Origin: Bacillota bacterium
GTDB taxonomy: Bacteria; Bacillota; Sulfobacillia; JABLXB01
Assembly: GCA_018434225.1 (NCBI GenBank)
Contig: JAHDPS010000002.1
Span: forward strand, 1 to 37,942
Direction: 5' to 3'
DNA length: 37,942 nucleotides
Shown: one piece after another, positions 34,811-37,942 of the stretch
How positions within the stretch are numbered: the stretch's first letter is position 1
How the letters are laid out: each line of letters begins with the position of its first letter
Notes under the pieces: generated by a model
What the model was told of the DNA's origin: nothing
Databases searched by the model: none
Seen by the model: the letters and a program-made list of their open reading frames with translations, nothing else
Translations under genes and position numbers: made by a program

Positions 34811-35548
34811 TCAAACGTGGTAGGTGGCGCCCTCCTCCGCCAACGCGGTCTCTCCGCCGAACGCCTCCGAGGCCTCGGCGACAAGCCGGGAAAGATCGTG
34901 GAACGGCCATAGGTGCGTCAGGAGAAGCCTCGCGGCGCCCGCTTCGCGCGCCACTTCCCCCGCTTGCCTCGCCGACAGGTGTCCGCGATAGCCCCCCGGG
35001 GCCTCCTCGTGCGGGAGCGACGCCTCGCAGAGGAACAAATCTGCGCCCCGCGCCACGTCCAGGAGCTGCGGGCAGAGGGCGGTGTCGCCGCTGAAAGCGA
35101 ACGTCCCGCCGTCCGCCCTCACTGTCATCGCCAGGCACGGGAACGGGTGATCGACCGCGGTGAAACTGAATCGCATGCCCCCGAGGACTAGATCGTCCCG
35201 ATCACCCACTCCATGGGGGATGATCGCCTCCTTGTACGACAGGCGCGAATACTCCTCCGACGGCTCAGTGGGGGAGTACACGTGGATCCCCGACGGCCTG
35301 CAGCCGTGCCTGAGATCGGCGTCGGCGGCGTAGCGGAGCACCATCAGGTCGGAAGTGTGGTCACCGTGGAGATGGCTCAACACAACGACGTCGATATCCC
35401 TCAACGGAACGATCGATTGGAGTTTGCTGAGCACCCCGCTCCCGCAGTCTATCAGGACGCGCCTACCCTCGTGTTCCAGGAGATATCCAGAGCACGCGCC
35501 CCCTGCGGCGGGGAACGGAGCATAGCGCCCGAGCACGATGAGATTCAC
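34811..35548 (-). CDS. MBL-fold metallo-hydrolase (RNase Z/ElaC-like small type)
   Basis: VVVLSHLHGDHTSDL is the HxHxDH motif. 245 aa. GTG start with a GGGGGG RBS. Confidence 0.8.
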   Translation of the reverse strand: MNLIVLGRYAPFPAAGGACSGYLLEHEGRRVLIDCGSGVLSKLQSIVPLRDIDVVVLSHLHGDHTSDLMVLRYAADADLRHGCRPSGIHVYSPTEPSEEYSRLSYKEAIIPHGVGDRDDLVLGGMRFSFTAVDHPFPCLAMTVRADGGTFAFSGDTALCPQLLDVARGADLFLCEASLPHEEAPGGYRGHLSARQAGEVAREAGAARLLLTHLWPFHDLSRLVAEASEAFGGETALAEEGATYHV

Positions 35549-35815
35549 TCTTTATCCCCCCCGAACGATGCGAAACTCGATGTCCAACCCGCGATATCGA
35601 ACGATTCCACCTGCCTCGCCGCGGTGTAGTACTCAACGCCATCCCTGCAAAACCGCATCGCCATTGCGAAGCCGCCTGTCGACGACGGACTCACAGGATA
35701 CGGAGTTTTCTACACGGTCCCGAGTACGACCTGCCTGTCGCCGGCAAGAGGGATGGGCGGGCACGGCCGGGAATAATGAGTCCGAGCGGGGAATCCGGTT
35801 TCCAGGGGTGAGACG

Positions 35816-37036
35816 ATGTCCATAAGGCTGTATTACGACGACCCGTACCTCACGGAATTTCGCGCCACGGTGGTCCACGTAGCGACGGAGGGCGGCTCAA
35901 CGAGGGTGACGCTCGACCGCACCGCATTCTATCCCACTTCGGGCGGTCAACCGTGCGACCTGGGTTCGATCGGCGGATGCCCGGTCGCGGACGTGTTCGA
36001 ACGGGACGGGGAGATCGTCCACAGCGTCGAGTCGTGCGACGGTGTCGACCTCGGGGAACGGGTCGACTGCCGCCTGGACGCGGAGCGACGATTCGATCAC
36101 ATGAGGCAGCACCTGGGACAACACATCCTATCGGCCTCGTTCGAGAAGGACCTGGAAGCGAACACAGTGGGGTTTCATCTGGGGCCCGAATCGGTCGCCA
36201 TAGACCTGGACATCCCCTCACTCGATGAGTCGCGCGCGGATCGCGTCGAGGACCTGGCCAACATGGTGATTCAGCAGGATCGTCCCGTCAGCGCCGTATG
36301 GCTATCGAAAGAGGAAGCGTCGCGATTGCCACTGAGGAAAATCCCTCAACGGGATGGCCCTCTGAGGGTGATAATAGTTGAGGGCTTTGACTATTCGCCC
36401 TGCGGAGGAACCCATCCCCGCCGAACCGGAGAGGTGGGAATGATCAAGATATTGGGTTGGGAAAGGGCACACGCGGGGATCCGAGTCACGTTCCTATGCG
36501 GGAGCAGAGCGCTGGCGGATTACAGGTGGAAGAACTCGACCATCAGCGAGATCGCCCGCCGGTTCTCGGTGGGGCCGCGCGAGGCGGGCGACGCCGTCGC
36601 GCGGCAGCGCGACAGGCTCAAGGTGATGGCGAAGGAGTTGGAGCGGCTGTCCGCCTTGGCGCTCAGGCACGAGGCCGCTTGCCTCGTGGCGGAGATCTCC
36701 GGCGGGTCCCCGGCGGGTTCCCCCATCGTAGTTGCCAGGTCATTCACCAATAGGCCCGTGGCGGAAATCAGTGGGCTGGCGGCCGCGATCGCCTCGATGG
36801 GAAACGCAGTCGCGTTACTGTCTTCCAGCGTAGACGGGGGCCTCAAGGTGGTGTTCGCCCGTTCACAGGATGTCCGGGAAGACATGAACCTGCTGATGAG
36901 ATCCGCGATAGCCCTTTTCGGCGGCAGAGGGGGAGGCACGGCATGGTCCGCCCAGGGAGGCATGGAGAAATGCCCCCCCGATACGGCCGATAGGTTGCTC
37001 TCGTTCGCGCAGGGTTCTATCAGTCCTCGGCCATAG
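35816..37036 (+). CDS. Alanyl-tRNA editing protein, AlaX-L type (AlaRS second-additional domain plus DHHA1-like C-terminus)
   Basis: YYDDPYLTEFRATVV...TAFYPTSGGQPCDLG...HMRQHLGQHILS (HxxxH)...CGGTHPRRTGEVG (CxxxH zinc site). Confidence 0.85.
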   Translation: MSIRLYYDDPYLTEFRATVVHVATEGGSTRVTLDRTAFYPTSGGQPCDLGSIGGCPVADVFERDGEIVHSVESCDGVDLGERVDCRLDAERRFDHMRQHLGQHILSASFEKDLEANTVGFHLGPESVAIDLDIPSLDESRADRVEDLANMVIQQDRPVSAVWLSKEEASRLPLRKIPQRDGPLRVIIVEGFDYSPCGGTHPRRTGEVGMIKILGWERAHAGIRVTFLCGSRALADYRWKNSTISEIARRFSVGPREAGDAVARQRDRLKVMAKELERLSALALRHEAACLVAEISGGSPAGSPIVVARSFTNRPVAEISGLAAAIASMGNAVALLSSSVDGGLKVVFARSQDVREDMNLLMRSAIALFGGRGGGTAWSAQGGMEKCPPDTADRLLSFAQGSISPRP

Positions 37037-37942
37037 CCTGGTCGAGCGCGCGTCTGGCCCAATCCGCGTCGGTCAGCAACGCGCGTCCGACGCCCACCAG
37101 ATCCACCCTGTCGTACTTCACGAGCCTGTTCGCGAATTCGGGTTCAGTTATGCCTCCGGCGCATATCACCGGAGCACCGCTCTCCCTGCGGATCCTGGCC
37201 GCGAGAGGAACGAAGTAGCCCTGAGCTCCCTGGAGAAAATCCGGCCTGGAACCGCACATCCCCCCGGAAACGTCCACCATGTCCACCCCGGCTTCCAGCA
37301 GCGCCGCCGCGACTGTGACGGCGTCATCGAGCATCAGGCCGTCCTTCACGCCGTCCCATGCCCCAAGTCTATAGAGAAGAGGGAAGTCCGTCCCCACCGC
37401 TACCCTGACCGCCCTCGTTACTTCCAGAGGAAACCGCATCCTATTTTCGAGGGTTCCCCCGTATTCGTCGGACCGTGTATTCGTCAGCGGGGAGAGGAAC
37501 TGGCTCAGAAGGTACCCGTGAGCGCCGTGGATCTCGACGGCATCGAAACCAGCCTCCGAGGCGCGCGTCGCCGCCGCCGCGAACATCCTCGCGATCAGGT
37601 GCATCTCCGCCGCCGTGAGCTCCTCGGGAACCCCCCGCCCCATGACGGGGTGAAGCACAGGGGACGGCCCCAACAGGCGCGTCCCCATTGACTCGCGAGT
37701 CGCCGCGCTTCCGGCGTGCGTTATCTGGAGCGCGATCGCGGCCCCTTCCGATTTGACCGCACTCGTGACCTCCCTGAATCCGCCCAACAGGTCGTCCCTA
37801 TCGATGCCGGCCTGGCCGCGCTCGTATCTGCCATCCAAGTGCACGTAGGAATGTTCGAAGATGATGAGGCCTACCCCCGCGGACGCGCGCTTCCTGTAGT
37901 GTTCGACGTGCGAGACGGTCAGCTGCCCGTCGTCTCCGGCCA
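37020..37942 (-). CDS. NADH:flavin oxidoreductase, Old Yellow Enzyme family (N-terminus beyond right edge)
   Basis: The track ORF starts at GTG 37844, but the frame stays open to the window end. My translation upstream reads ...HVEHYRKRASAGVGLIIFEHSYV, the OYE N-terminal pattern. Downstream are QITHAGS, VEIHGAHGYLLSQFLSP and TNTRSDEYGG. Confidence 0.88.
   Translation of the reverse strand, partial: AGDDGQLTVSHVEHYRKRASAGVGLIIFEHSYVHLDGRYERGQAGIDRDDLLGGFREVTSAVKSEGAAIALQITHAGSAATRESMGTRLLGPSPVLHPVMGRGVPEELTAAEMHLIARMFAAAATRASEAGFDAVEIHGAHGYLLSQFLSPLTNTRSDEYGGTLENRMRFPLEVTRAVRVAVGTDFPLLYRLGAWDGVKDGLMLDDAVTVAAALLEAGVDMVDVSGGMCGSRPDFLQGAQGYFVPLAARIRRESGAPVICAGGITEPEFANRLVKYDRVDLVGVGRALLTDADWARRALDQAMAED

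Noticed and set aside
35690-35800. Guanidine-I (ykkC)-like words (ACACGGTCCCGAG, CACGGCCGGGAATAA, GTCCGAG) upstream of the AlaX-like gene
   Set aside because: The conserved blocks are in the wrong order and spacing relative to the ykkC consensus as I remember it, and the downstream gene is not a guanidine-related function.

Overview
This is a GC-rich 37.9 kb chromosomal segment that I infer comes from an endospore-forming Firmicute. The evidence is a GerA-family germination gene, a GerMN lipoprotein, a SpoIVFB-type site-2 protease next to an M23 peptidase, and a Spo0B-type phosphotransferase. Gene order is Bacillus-like: rpsT / holA-comEC, then comEA-leuS-tRNA-rsfS-LCP-yqeK-(RRM)-nadD-obg-spo0B-rpmA-prp-rplU, then rng-DUF2344-radical SAM-spoIVFB-M23. 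Nearly all of the window is tightly packed housekeeping sequence. About 35 real CDS explain it. The many long antisense or alternate-frame ORFs in the track are Arg/Ser/Pro/Gly-rich shadow ORFs typical of high-GC DNA. I found one tRNA (Ala-GGC). I also found a CIRCE operator with a consensus sigma-A promoter for groESL, a textbook MerR-type promoter with a 19-bp spacer, and several strong hairpin terminators. There is no CRISPR array, no mobile element, and no obvious defence or toxin system. The most unusual content is a compact, Tat-less [NiFe]-hydrogenase module at 10009-14092. It sits between comEC and groESL and shows three motif-level oddities. The proximal-cluster CxxC in the small subunit reads CSGD. 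The RxEGH proton-gate motif in the large subunit reads RVSGL. The HypA-like protein lacks the zinc CxxC pairs. Secondary items are a CapA-like/B12-radical-SAM pair behind the rpsT terminator, a GerMN-AMIN fusion lipoprotein, a terminator/anti-terminator pair squeezed between tRNA-Ala and leuS, an RRM RNA-binding gene cassette inserted between nadD and yqeK, and several unexplained direct repeats and long non-coding spacers. All family assignments come from reading the translated sequences. No database search was run.
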